Source of the DNA: Candidatus Marinacidobacterales bacterium
Lineage (GTDB): Bacteria > Acidobacteriota > Vicinamibacteria > Marinacidobacterales > SMYC01
Direction of reading: 5' to 3'
NCBI GenBank assembly: GCA_965237955.1
Contig: OZ250169.1
Span: 5,920,001 to 5,984,000, forward strand
DNA: 64,000 nucleotides
The position numbers and the translations under genes are program-made. Below, in pieces: positions 30,336 through 41,669 of this stretch. The notes under the pieces are model-generated. The model had not been told where the DNA came from, made no database searches, and saw only the letters and a program-made list of their open reading frames with translations. Every line of letters starts with the position of its first letter. The stretch's first letter is position 1.

Positions 30336-33300
30336 TCAATGAAAATCGCGACTCTTGATACGATTAGGTTCGAGAGAGAGCTTCGGCTTCCATAGCTCGT
30401 CCACGACGATGTGGACTACGCTCTGCTCGGATTGAACCTTACCCGTGGCGCCGAGAAAAGGCGTTGTCTTGGCAAGGACGGCGTACTCTTGAAACTTCTT
30501 GGGCCAGACGACGAGGTTCACGAAACCGGTTTCGTCTTCGAGGGTCATGAATGTCACTCCGGAAGCCGTGCCCGGACGCTGGCGGCAAATGACGAGTCCG
30601 GCGAAGCGCACCCGACGACCATTGCGCATCCCGGCAACGGTTCTGGCATCAGGCAATTTCTGCGCTTTCAGAACTTCGCGCAAGGGCGCTAGGGGATGTC
30701 CGTGCGTGCTGTGAGACGACGCGTCGTAGTCCCAGGCGATGGTCTCGAAGGCGTCGAGCTCGGGGAACGAGACATCGGTCTCGGGAACGGATAGAAATGT
30801 GTCAGGATCGTCCTTCCTGAGTCCTCGTGCTTTCCAAAGAGCGGAGCGGCGCGTCGCCTCGAATCCCTGGAACGCACCCGCCTCCGCAAGCGCGGTGAGC
30901 GCTTTCTCGTCGAGGCGGGTTCGCTTCGAGAAATCTTCCATCGACGCGAACGGACTTTCATGCCGCGCTTTCTCGATGCCCTCCCAATCACCTTCGCCAA
31001 GACCCTTGACGTAGCGGAGCCCCATGCGCACCGCTTCACCTATCATCGTGCAATCCCAATCGCTCGTGCGGACGTCGACGGGGAAGTAGTGGACGCCTCG
31101 TCTCTTGCCGTCGTCGATGATCGTCGCGGGAGAGTAGAAGCCCATGGGCTGTGCGTTCAAGAGCGCGCAGATAAACTCTGCCGGGTAGTGACAGAGAAGA
31201 TAGGAAGCTGCATAGCTGATGAGGGCGAAGCTCGCCGCGTGGCTTTCGGGAAAACCATATTCGCCGAAGCCCGTGATCTGCTGGAACACCCGCTCGGCGA
31301 ACTCGATCGCGATGCCTTTGGCTTGCATGCGGGTCACGAGTCTCTCGCGGTGGCGTTCGATGCGACCCGTTCGTCTCCATGCGGCCATGTCGCGACGAAG
31401 TTGATCGGCTTCGCCGGGAGTGTAGTCGGCGGCGACGACCGCGAGGCGCATGACTTGTTCTTGAAAGAGCGGGATGCCCAGTGTCTTTTCGAGAACGGGT
31501 CTCAAGAGCTCGTGAGGGTAGGTGATGGGCTCTTCACCGTTTCTCCGGCGCAAGTAGGGATGCACCATGCCACCGGTGATGGGACCGGGACGGACGATGC
31601 TGACTTCGATGACGAGGTCGTAATAGTGACGAGGCTTCAGACGCGGGAGCATCGCCATTTGCGCCCGGCTCTCGATTTGAAAAACCCCGACCGTTTCCGA
31701 GCGGCAGATCATGTCGAAGGTCGCTTCGTCGTCCGGGGGGATCGTCGCCATGGAAAGCTCGATGCCCCGATGTTCCTGGAGGAGCCGAAAGCAGAGATCG
31801 AGCTGGGTGAGGGCACCGAGACCCAGCAAATCGACTTTGAACAGACCGAGCGCTTCGATGTCGTCCTTGTCCCATTGGATGACAGTGCGATCTTCCATGG
31901 TGGCGTTTTCAATCGGTACCAGCTGGTACACGGGCTCTTGGCCCAGCAGGAAACCGCCGGGATGGATCGACAGATGCCGCGGGAAATCGAGGATGGTGTT
32001 CGCGAGGCGCAACAAATGCTGGTGGTCGGGCGTCGTCGGATCGAACCCTGCGCCCGCGAGGCTTTCGACCGTGGGGCCGTCATAGTGAGAGAGCAGCTTG
32101 GCGAGACGATCGAGGCTCGTTTCGGAAAGCCCGAGCGCTTTTCCCACATCGCGAACCGCCGAGCGCGCACGGTAGCGGACGACGTCCGCCACCATCGCGG
32201 CCCGGTCGCGGCCGTATTTTTCGTAGACGAACTGGATGACTTCTTCACGCCGCTGGTGCATGATGTCGAGGTCGATGTCGGGAGGCTCGGCTCGATCTTT
32301 CGAAAGAAACCGCTCGAACAAAAGACCCATGCGCACCGGATCGACGGCGGTGATACCGAGGCAATAGCACACCGAGGAGTTGGCCGCGGAGCCCCGCCCC
32401 TGGCAGAGGATCTCGTTGCGACGGCAAAACTGTACGATCTCGTACATGGTGAGGAAGTAGCCACCGTAGTCGAGCTCTTCGATGAGGTCGAGCTCTTTAC
32501 GGAGCTGTTGTCGCATGTCGTCGGGAACGTCGCCTCGGTAGCGCCAGCGCGCGCCTTCGAACGTCAAGTGCGCCAAGTACTCGGACGACGTGTTGCCGTT
32601 AGGTAAACGCTCGGCGGGGTAGCGGTAGCGGATCTCCTGTAACGAGAAGTCGCAACGCTCGGCAATTGAAAGCGTTCTCTCCACCGCGAGCGGGTCGTCG
32701 GCATAGAGCTCCCGAAACGCAATGGGAGTACGAAGACCGAACTCGGCGTTGGGCTTGAGACGACGTCCCGCGGCGCGTACCGTCGTTCCGTGCCGGATGG
32801 CGGTGAGGACGTCCTGAAGGTCGCGCCGCTCTCGATGGTGATAGAGAACTTCCATCCCGGCGACGATGGGAACGTTGTATTGCGCAGCTTTTTCTCGGAG
32901 AGCTTTTTCGTCCGGAACGTCCACGTCGCGCCGATGTCGTGTAGCCAGCGCGTAAACGCGGTTGCCGAAGGCTTCTCGCAAAAGCTCGAGAGGGCCTTGA
33001 CGGATCCAAAGCGCGAGCAAACCTTTCTGATGTTCGAAAACTTCCGTCCAGGAAACCGATGAGCTTCCTTTCTCTGACCGAAGCCGGCCTTTGGTGATGA
33101 GGCGGCAGAGGTTGCGATACCCTTTATGATTCTTGACGAGAAGAAGGATGGTGGCACCGTCGTCCATCGTGACCTGCGACCCAATGATGAGATGAATCCC
33201 GACTTCGAGAGCTTTCAGATGAGCTCGAACGATGCCGTAAACGCCATCGCGGTCGGTGATAGCAAGCCCGGGAAGCCCAAGCCGATAAGCTTCCTCGACG

Positions 33301-33380
33301 AGCTCCTCCGGATGACTCGCACCTTCCAGAAAGGAACTGTTCGATTTACACCACAGAGGGACGTACGGGGCTAGCGCCAC
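30336..33380 (-). CDS. dnaE2: Error-prone DNA polymerase DnaE2
   Basis: [44 protein letters not shown]-terminal SRDFH. Confidence 0.96.
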   Translation of the reverse strand: MALAPYVPLWCKSNSSFLEGASHPEELVEEAYRLGLPGLAITDRDGVYGIVRAHLKALEVGIHLIIGSQVTMDDGATILLLVKNHKGYRNLCRLITKGRLRSEKGSSSVSWTEVFEHQKGLLALWIRQGPLELLREAFGNRVYALATRHRRDVDVPDEKALREKAAQYNVPIVAGMEVLYHHRERRDLQDVLTAIRHGTTVRAAGRRLKPNAEFGLRTPIAFRELYADDPLAVERTLSIAERCDFSLQEIRYRYPAERLPNGNTSSEYLAHLTFEGARWRYRGDVPDDMRQQLRKELDLIEELDYGGYFLTMYEIVQFCRRNEILCQGRGSAANSSVCYCLGITAVDPVRMGLLFERFLSKDRAEPPDIDLDIMHQRREEVIQFVYEKYGRDRAAMVADVVRYRARSAVRDVGKALGLSETSLDRLAKLLSHYDGPTVESLAGAGFDPTTPDHQHLLRLANTILDFPRHLSIHPGGFLLGQEPVYQLVPIENATMEDRTVIQWDKDDIEALGLFKVDLLGLGALTQLDLCFRLLQEHRGIELSMATIPPDDEATFDMICRSETVGVFQIESRAQMAMLPRLKPRHYYDLVIEVSIVRPGPITGGMVHPYLRRRNGEEPITYPHELLRPVLEKTLGIPLFQEQVMRLAVVAADYTPGEADQLRRDMAAWRRTGRIERHRERLVTRMQAKGIAIEFAERVFQQITGFGEYGFPESHAASFALISYAASYLLCHYPAEFICALLNAQPMGFYSPATIIDDGKRRGVHYFPVDVRTSDWDCTMIGEAVRMGLRYVKGLGEGDWEGIEKARHESPFASMEDFSKRTRLDEKALTALAEAGAFQGFEATRRSALWKARGLRKDDPDTFLSVPETDVSFPELDAFETIAWDYDASSHSTHGHPLAPLREVLKAQKLPDARTVAGMRNGRRVRFAGLVICRQRPGTASGVTFMTLEDETGFVNLVVWPKKFQEYAVLAKTTPFLGATGKVQSEQSVVHIVVDELWKPKLSLEPNRIKSRDFH

Positions 33381-34206
33381 TATTCGATTCGTCCTTCCAA
33401 GAACCATCGGCGGCGAAAGCGGTCATAAAAAACCCAAAACACATCGCCTTGCTGCATCTTGACGAAGTAGTACTCACGCTGGACGGTGCGTTTCCACCAG
33501 CCACCCGACAAGATGTAAGGACCGAGAAAATCTTTGACCGGACCGAACTCCAGGCCGCGTAGCATCCAACCGTCGGGTTCGTGACGGGAACGAGGCGGGA
33601 GTGCCATCGGTTTTTCGTAGATGCGTCGGATGAGAGAGCGATTGCCTTCTTTCAGTGCCGCGGGCCCCCACCCCCACGGCTTCTCGCTTCGCGACTCGCC
33701 TTCGGCTCGCACTGCGCTCGGGCTGAGGGCTCCCGAAGGCTCCATACGAGCCGGAAGCTTCTCCAGAGGCGTCCACTGAAAACGCGCGCCGGGGAGGTGT
33801 CCGTCCAAAAGCTCTGCTTGTACGACCGCTTGATCGCCAAATTCTGCTCGCAATCGGGCGAACGCGCGGCTGCACATCTTGGGATCCCGTTTCGGCTTCT
33901 CCTCGACGAGAGAAAGCTGTTCCACAGTCTTACGGACGGCTTCGGCGCGAACGAGGAGCTCGACCGCACCCGCATTCAGACGTAGCGTTTCGAGCCGCAA
34001 GCGCACGAGACCTATTAGAAGGGGACTGTCGAGTGTCGGGGCATCGGGGTGAAGGACCTCATCGAGGGAGCTGTGGTCGTCGAGCTCGAGCCGGAGGATG
34101 AGCTTGGTCAATGCCAGGCTCTTGGCATCGAGCTCTTCGAGAAGCGCATCGAGAAGTTGTTTGACGAAGAACAGAAGACGCTCGCTGCTCGTTTCGGGGC
34201 TGGGAA
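33380..34206 (-). pseudogene. imuB: ImuB (Y-family polymerase-like) C-terminal part; 5' part lost at IS256 boundary
   Basis: GPYILSGGWW...REYYFV...WVFYDR...WFLEG C-terminus abutting dnaE2; frame runs up to the IS end. Confidence 0.85.
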
Positions 34207-35653
34207 GGGAGATGCCCCTGAGATAGTTGAAGGTTAGGAGTGGCGGCTCCTAAGGCCGGGTTCGATAGAATCCGGCTGTGAAGGAAAAAGAAAGGAGCCA
34301 CCACGATGTCAAATTACCAAATCATCGATGCGAAGAACAGGAAGAAGCTTCGAGAGATACTGAGCTCGAAGGGGCAAGCTCTGTTGCCGTTCTTGGATGC
34401 GATTGAGCGAACCGAGATAGCGATCGACGAAGTGATCGACGTTGCTGGCCGAGCGACGATCGAAGCGGTCTTGGATCTGTCAGCCCAAAGTGTGGCTGGG
34501 GAGAAACACCCGGGGAAGAAGGGTAGCGATGTTCGCTGGCACGGCCGGCAGGGTGGCGTAGTAAGCCTTGCGGAGCGGAAGTTGAGAGTGAGCCGGCCAC
34601 GTCTGCGGCGTAAGGGAAAGGCAGAGGGAGGGGAGGTTGCGATTCCTGCCTACGAAGCGGTGAACAACTCGTCTCGGCTGAGCCAACGCATCTGGGAAAT
34701 CCTGATGCTGGGTGTGTCGACGCGCAAGTACGCGTCGGTTCTTCCCGAGATGGCGGAGACGGTAGGGGTTAGCAAGAGCGAGGTGAGCCGTGAGTTCGTG
34801 GAAGCAAGCGCGGAGCAGTTGCAGGGGCTGATGGAGCGTCCGCTGGACGAGCTGGAGATCGCGGTCGTGTACCTGGACGGGATTCGCTTCGGCGTGCACC
34901 ACGCGCTGGCGGCAATCGGCGTAGATACAGAGGGATACAAGCATGTTCTGGGGCTTCGGGATGGAGCATCGGAGAACCAGATAGTGTGCAAGGCGCTGCT
35001 GGAGGACCTGGTCGAACGAGGCCTGAGCCCAGAGCGGTGTCGGCTGTTCGTGATCGATGGCTCCAAGGCGCTACGGGTCGCCGTCGACGCTGTGTTCGGT
35101 ACCCACAACAAGGTCCAGCGTTGCAGGAAGCACAAGGAGCGCAATGTGCTCGGTTATCTGCCGCAGGAGCTGAAGCCGCAAGCGCAAGCGAGCCTGCGTT
35201 CGGCCTGGCAGCTCCCAGCAAAGAAGGGCAAAGCGCGGTTGGAGCAACAGGCGAAGTGGCTCGAGGACGACTACCCCTCGGCGGCGGAGAGCATCCGGGA
35301 GGGGCTCGACGAGATGTTCACCATCAACGAGCTCGACCTCCCCGCATCTCTGAAACGCTGCCTTGGATCGACGAACATCATCGAGTCGTGCTTCAGCGGT
35401 GCGCGAGGTCGTACCCGTCGCGTCACCCGCTGGCGCAATGGCAAGATGGTTCTGAGATGGGCCGCTTCGGCTCTGCTCGCCACGGAGAAAAATTTCCGTC
35501 GTATCATTGGATACCAATCGCTACCTATCCTCGAAGCGAAGTTAGCGGAGGTCACTGAGAATCAAGCGCTCGACAAGCACGCCAAAGTCGGGTAAACCAT
35601 GTGTCAGGAGCCGCCACCACCTCGAACCTCCAACTATGCTGGGGGCACCTCCC
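34207..35653 (+). mobile_element. IS256-family element (transposase 34306-35595), no target duplication
   Basis: IR GGGAGATGCCCCTGAGATAGTTG vs reverse complement GGGAGGTGCCCCCAGCATAGTTG; VYLDGI, VIDGSKAL, QRCRKHK, STNIIES. Confidence 0.92.
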
Positions 35654-35654
35654 G

Positions 35655-35843
35655 AGCATCACCTTGAGTGAGCACTTCGTGACGTTCATCGAGGAACAGG
35701 TTTCCGAAGGTCGCTACGGCAACGCGAGCGAAGTGATCCGCGCTGGCTTGAGGCTACTCGAAGAGCGTGAAGCCAAACTCGACGCTCTGCGACGCGCGAT
35801 CACTGAAGGAGAAACTGTCGTAGAATCAGTGCCTGATGGGTGA
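35655..35843 (+). pseudogene. ParD-family (RHH) antitoxin, N-terminally truncated, no cognate toxin
   Basis: SITLSEHFVTFIEEQVSEGRYGNASEVIRAGLRLLEE begins at the IS256 end. Confidence 0.8.
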
Positions 35844-38800
35844 GGAGGACAAAGCTCAATCGGATGGCGAGCATACCGTCGTTCAGGACGAGGACGAGCG
35901 TGCACGCTCGAAGGATCGCAGCGCCGAGCTCCCTGAGCCCGAAGTCCCCGGCTACGACGTGAAACGCCGCCTTGGCGCGGGCTCGTACGGGGAAGTCTGG
36001 CTTGCGATTCAAAAGAAGGTTCTCCTGTCGTTTCGGGGGATCTGATTTGTGTTGGAGGGCATGGCCTATGGACGCTGCCGCGATTGTGGAAAACGCCGAA
36101 AACTCCGGGCGAGAGAGGCGTTTAGGGAAAGGTTGTGAGCACGTACAAACGTGGAGCGGCGTTTTCCACAATCGCTTGGAAAACGCTTCGCGTTTCCCAC
36201 GAGCGCCCACAGGCCCCTCCTGATATATATACAAGAAAGATTAATTCATATGGAATAAGGAAGGGGGGGCTCGATTAGTGGAGGCTATGGAAAACGCCCT
36301 TCCAGGCTTCGAAGAGAACTCAGTCGTGAGCAAGGTCTGAACGACCAGAACCGTGGGGGCGTTTCCCACAGCCTTGTCTCCCGCTGAGGGGCAGTGGCAT
36401 TTGGTGAGGCCCGTGGATTGAGAGGGTAAGCCATGTGTAGATGCGCATCGGCGAGAACGCTAGAATCTTTTTTTCCGAAAGAGAAAAGAGCGTTCCCGCG
36501 ATGCGCGTTACTACGTTAGTCAACAAGCTCATCGGATTGCAAGGCCTGTGGGTCCGAGGTTTCCACTTCCAGGCGGACAAAGCCAGAGTGGTGGTGGATG
36601 TAGTACCACGGAGGAGGAAGCCTCTGTGCGGGATTTGCGGACGAAAGGTCCGCAAGAACAAAGATCGCTACAATCGCTACTGGCGGCACTTGGACCTGTT
36701 CGGAGTCCGGACCTATCTTCGCTACTCGATCCGACGAGTGGTATGTCGGCGGTGTGGAGTGGTCAGAGAAAAGGTGCCTTGGGCAGACAAGGGAAGCCGC
36801 TTTACCAAAAGCTTCGAACAAGAGGTAGCGTGGCTGGCACAGAGGACGGACGTCAGCGCCGTAGCGAACTATTTCCGAGTGACGTGGCGTTCGGTGCGAC
36901 GGATCATCCAGCGAGTGGTTGCCGAGCAGCGGGATGAGCGGCGCGAGCTCGATGGATTGCGGGTGATTGGGATGGACGAGATCAGCTACCGCAAACGCCA
37001 CAAGTACTTAACAGTGGTAATAGACCATCTCAGCGGCCGGGTCGTCTGGGCGGGAAAGGAGCGCAAGGCCAAGACGCTGCTGCGGTTTTCCCGCAAGCTC
37101 GGACCACAAAGAGCCGCGGAGCTCGAAGCGGTCAGCATGGACATGTGGGAGCCGTACATAACTGTCGTCGGCAAAAAGGCTCCTCAGGCACGGGTGATCT
37201 TTGACCGCTTCCACATCGTCAAGCATCTGAACGAGGCCGTGGATAAGACCCGGCGCGAGCTGGTGCGCGAGCTCAAAGGGACTGCCCGGCGCAACCTCAA
37301 GAACACCAAGTTTCCCCTTCTCAAGGCCAAACACAACCGCAGCGCGAAAGACAAACGGGTGCTCCGCGAGCAGGTGCGAGCTAATCGTCGCCTCTACCGC
37401 GCCATGCTTCTGCGCGACGACTTCATGGACCTCTACACCTACAAAACCGAGACATGGGCCAAGAAGTTTCTCCGAGGATGGCTGCGGCGCGCTATGAGCT
37501 CGAGGATAGAGCCCGTCAAACGCGCGGCGAAGATGATCCGCAGCCACTTCGATGGCGTCATCGCGTGGGTCACGTGGAGACTCAGCAACGGCCGACTCGA
37601 AGGAATGAACAACAAAATCCGGCTGCTGAGCCACCGCAGCTTTGGACTCCACTCTGCCGAAGCTCTCATCAGTCTCGTCTACCTAAACTGTGGCGGTCTC
37701 ACCCTCGAGAGGATCCACTGAAATGGCAGGAGAGGCCAAAAGAATACGGGACGCGAAGTCGCGATCAAATTCTTCTCGCGGTTCAAGGGTCTCGATTGGC
37801 CTCTCCTCAAAAGGGAAGTGGGAAAGCTCGTCGAAGTCCTCGGCGAGCGACGCGTCGTTCATCTGCTCCAAGTCGGGTGGGACGCCGAACCGCCGTACTA
37901 CGTCATGGAGTACCTTCCTGGAGGCTCGCTCGCCGAGCGTCTTTCCGGACGCGCGATCCCGGTGAAAGAAACGGTCGACGTGTTTCGCGAGGTCGCCGAG
38001 GCGCTCGTGTACTTGCACGGCAAAGCCATTCTTCATTGCGACCTGAAGCCGGCGAACGTGCTCTTCGACGATCACAACCAGATCCGGTTGGCGGATTTCG
38101 GCCAAGCGCGCCTGAGCAGCGAGGCGGGCCCGGCCGCGGGCACGCTCTTTTACATGGCACCCGAACAAGCCGCGCAAGACGCACGTCCCGACGTACGCTC
38201 CGACATTTATTCGCTCGGTGCTCTCGTCTACACGATGCTCACAGGTGCGCCACCGTATTCGGGGGGGAGGGCCACGACCGAGCTCCGCACCAGCAAATCG
38301 ACACGGGAGCGGATCGAACGTTATCGCGAAATCATCGAAGAATCCGACCCGCCGACAACACACCATCGTGTGGAAGGTGTCGACCGCTCCCTCGCCGAGA
38401 TCATCGATCGGTGTCTCGAGAAAAATCCGGATAAACGATACGAGAACGTCCCACAAGTTCTGGAGGCGCTCACGGCTCGGGCCAAGCGCCGCACCCAGAG
38501 ACCGCTCGTTGTTTTCGGTCTGCTGGGACCACTCGCGCTCGTTCTCGCGATGCCGGGCGTTGGAGTGTGGGCGTGGTACGAGGCCGACTCACAGGCGAGA
38601 GACACCCTCACACGACAAAACCTCGAAGGTGCGCTCGGGTTCGGAGAGCTCATCTCGGCGGTTGTCGATCGCAATCTATCCGCGGTGCAACGGCGCGTTA
38701 GCCGTGAAGCCGGACAAGAAGCGCTACACCGCCTCCTCGGCGCGGGACGCTCGACGGCGCTCCAGTCTTACACTGACGAGCTCTACGAAGCCTATCGAGA

Positions 38801-39572
38801 TCGTTCTTTTCACAACTGGGTCGTCACCGACACGAACGCGGTCGTGCTCGCTCGATCCCCGTTCGCCGATGGTGTCGTCGGTTCCCGGTACACGTATCGG
38901 GAATGGTTCACTGGCAACGAAGACGTTCCCCGCGATGAAGCGCCGGAGATCGCGATCCCGCGCTCCAAGACCGGCTTGACGCTGGCTTTCGAAAGCACAG
39001 CCTCCGACAATCCGATTCTCGTGAGCGTGGCGAGCCCGATCGTGTCGGATTCGAAACTCGTCGGCATTCTCATGGCAACGCTGCATCTGGAAACGTTCAA
39101 CGAGTGGTTGGAAGAAGCTGAAGGACCACCTTCGGAGACAGGCTGTCCCACTCGATTCGCCGTTCTTTTGAACCGCGGCCAGCTCGTGCGCCATCCGTGC
39201 CCTGCAGACGACGCGGTCAAACCGCCGGTGGGACGCGCGGAGTACTACGAGCTCAACGAAGTCCAGCGACTCAGGAGTGCTCCGGAAGGGTTCGCGGACG
39301 CCTATCCGGATCCGCTGAGAGGTGGGACGCCGTATCTCGCCACGTTCGTCGAGTTCCAGGACAACCCGGAGTGGAGCACGATCGTGCAACACGATCGCGC
39401 CGAGGCGATGTCGCCCATCACCCAGCTCGTCGATCGGTTCTCGACACTCGGCTGGATCGCGGCCGGGGTCGCGTTTTTTCTCGTGCTCGTCCTGTGGGCG
39501 CTGCTCTATCGCGTTATTCACGAGCGCTCGATCTCGCCGGCGCGCGGGGATCTCATCGAGCTCGATCTCTGA
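35836..39572 (+). pseudogene. Ser/Thr protein kinase with TM-bounded Cache-like sensor domain (~669 aa), interrupted by ISL3
   Basis: LGAGSYGEVW + REVAIK rejoin in frame across the IS; HCDLKPAN, DFG, GTLFYMAPE. Confidence 0.9.
36018..37736 (+). mobile_element. ISL3-family element (transposase ~36501-37721)
   Basis: 8-bp DR CAAAAGAA at 36010-36017 and 37737-37744; IR GGTTCTCCTGTCGTTTC/GCCTCTCCTGCCATTTC; IGMDE, VSMDM, FDRFH, SNGRLEGMNNKI. Confidence 0.93.
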
Positions 39573-39573
39573 T

Positions 39574-41346
39574 ATGTCACGTCTCGTCGCTCGCGGGCCG
39601 GAGCTGAATGAACGTCGCTGCCGCCTCCGTCCCGATCGCCCCGTGCGTCTCGGCCGCCGGCCGACGAAAGATGATCGCTCCGACAGCGAGCTTTTCGCGG
39701 TTCCGTGGGAGTCGAGCCTGTCACGGAATCACGTCGACTTGCGTTGGGTGAAGGGGCGCCTGGAGATCGCGCGCATCGACAGTGCGACCAACCCCTTGTA
39801 CTTCAAAGGAATCGAGCAGGATCGGTTCGTCATGGAGCTCGGTGAGCACTTCGTAGTGGGAGAGACGACTTTCAGCCTTGTCGAAGATCGGGTGAGCGTT
39901 GCCCACGACGATCCGACGCCGCTCGACGTCGTCGGCTACACGATGGCGGAGCTCGCCGAGACGCGCTACCGCGACGCCGACGAGCGCATCGAGCTGCTTG
40001 CGACTCTGCCCGATGTCATCCGGCGCGCTTCGAATGATGAGGAGCTCTTCGCCCGATTGGTGCTCTTGCTGTTCGAAGGCATTGCGGCAGCCGACGCCGC
40101 CGCCATCGTGCGTGTCGTCGGAGACGAGAAGAAGATCCAAGTGTTCTACTGGGATAGCCGCAGGGCGACCACGAGCGAGCTCAAGCCGTCTCGGAAGCTG
40201 ATTCTCGACGCCGTCGACGACCGGCACCAAAGTGTGCGCAGCCTCTGGGGCGCGAACGCTGCCGACACGCCAACCGAGTACACGATGACCGACAGCGTGG
40301 ACTGGGCGTTCGTCACCCCAGTACCCGGGAAGGCGTGCGCAGGTTGGGGAATCTACGTCGCGGGCAAGGCGGGCGAAGCTCGGATCGATCTCCGACCAGA
40401 CGTCAAGTTCACCGAGCTCGTCGCGGACCTCCTCGGCGCGATGCGGGATTTCCAGGGTCTCGAACGACAGCAGGCAACCCTTGGACGGTTCTTTTCTCCG
40501 GTGACGCTTCCGATTTTGTCGAGCCCGGAAGGCGAGAACGCCCTCGCGCCCCGGGAGACGGAAGTCACGGTTTTGTTTTGCGACCTTCGCGGTTTCTCGC
40601 GGGAAGCGGAGCGCTCGAAAGACGACCTCATGGGACTACTTCACCGCGTCAGCCACGCGCTCGACGTGATGACGAAGTGCATTCACTCCCACCAGGGCGT
40701 CATCGGTGACTTCCAAGGGGATGCGGCGCTCGCGTTTTGGGGCTGGCCCCTCGACAGTGGGAACAGCGCGCTCGAGGCGTGTCGGGCGGCCGTCGAGATC
40801 CGCCAACGCTTTGCGAACGCTGCCCAGAGGGAAGACGACCCTCTGTCCGGGTTCCGGTGTGGCATTGGGATTGCGTCGGGACAGGCGGTGGCGGGACGGC
40901 TCGGAACCGCCGGGCAGTTCAAGATCGACGTGTTCGGGCCGGTGGTCAACCTCGCTTCGCGCCTCGAGGGGATCACGAAAATACTTCGGGTTCCGCTTCT
41001 CGTGGATGAGGGAACGGCTCGTCGGGTGCGAGACAACCCGTCCGGAGGCAGCGTGCGATTCCGGCGTCTTGCGCGGCTTCGTCCCTACGGCATGGACCTC
41101 GCCGTGACCGTGAGCGAGCTACTGCCGAATGCCGACGAGACTGGAGTCTTGACTGTCAAAGGGATACATCGATATGAGTCAGCTCTGGACGATTTCATCG
41201 GCGGCGACTGGGATGCCGCGTTCGCGGGCCTCCACGAAGTGCCGCACTGGGATCACGGCAAGGACTTCCTGACTTCTTTTATCTTGAAGCACCAACGGAA
41301 GCCGCCGGCAGGTTGGGACGGGGTCGTCCCCATGGACAGCAAATAG
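39574..41346 (+). CDS. FHA-domain class III adenylate/guanylate cyclase
   Basis: LGR...LSRNH FHA; VLFCDLRGFS, FQGDAALAFWG, VFGPVVNLASRLE. Confidence 0.9.
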   Translation: MSRLVARGPELNERRCRLRPDRPVRLGRRPTKDDRSDSELFAVPWESSLSRNHVDLRWVKGRLEIARIDSATNPLYFKGIEQDRFVMELGEHFVVGETTFSLVEDRVSVAHDDPTPLDVVGYTMAELAETRYRDADERIELLATLPDVIRRASNDEELFARLVLLLFEGIAAADAAAIVRVVGDEKKIQVFYWDSRRATTSELKPSRKLILDAVDDRHQSVRSLWGANAADTPTEYTMTDSVDWAFVTPVPGKACAGWGIYVAGKAGEARIDLRPDVKFTELVADLLGAMRDFQGLERQQATLGRFFSPVTLPILSSPEGENALAPRETEVTVLFCDLRGFSREAERSKDDLMGLLHRVSHALDVMTKCIHSHQGVIGDFQGDAALAFWGWPLDSGNSALEACRAAVEIRQRFANAAQREDDPLSGFRCGIGIASGQAVAGRLGTAGQFKIDVFGPVVNLASRLEGITKILRVPLLVDEGTARRVRDNPSGGSVRFRRLARLRPYGMDLAVTVSELLPNADETGVLTVKGIHRYESALDDFIGGDWDAAFAGLHEVPHWDHGKDFLTSFILKHQRKPPAGWDGVVPMDSK

Positions 41347-41669
41347 TTCCCCGAAAGAAAGCTAGCAGGAAGGACAAGAACCCCAAGTCCGTCGGAGTCG
41401 TATCGTCGTCATAGCGCGAATCTCCAGTGGCTTTGTTGCCGAGAGCTCAGTTTGTCGACCATGGCGACGCGCGCGTCGGCTTCTCGCGAAGATGACCTTC
41501 GCAGGAGGAGGATTCCGCCAGCTACGCGCCCGCGGCATTCCTACGTGAAAGCTGACTATTTTCGTCTTGACATAACAGCGCCCGTGCGACAAAATCTTAC
41601 GCCCTCGACCGTAACGATGCCTATTCATGGCGCAGGCACCGACGAAGCGCCGGAGAAGGAGCTTCAGCA

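Noticed and set aside
30960-32606. Long antisense ORFs (e.g. 548 aa here, 466 aa at 22297-23697, 349 aa at 11579-12628)
   Set aside because: Shadow frames of well-supported genes in GC-rich DNA, with no motifs
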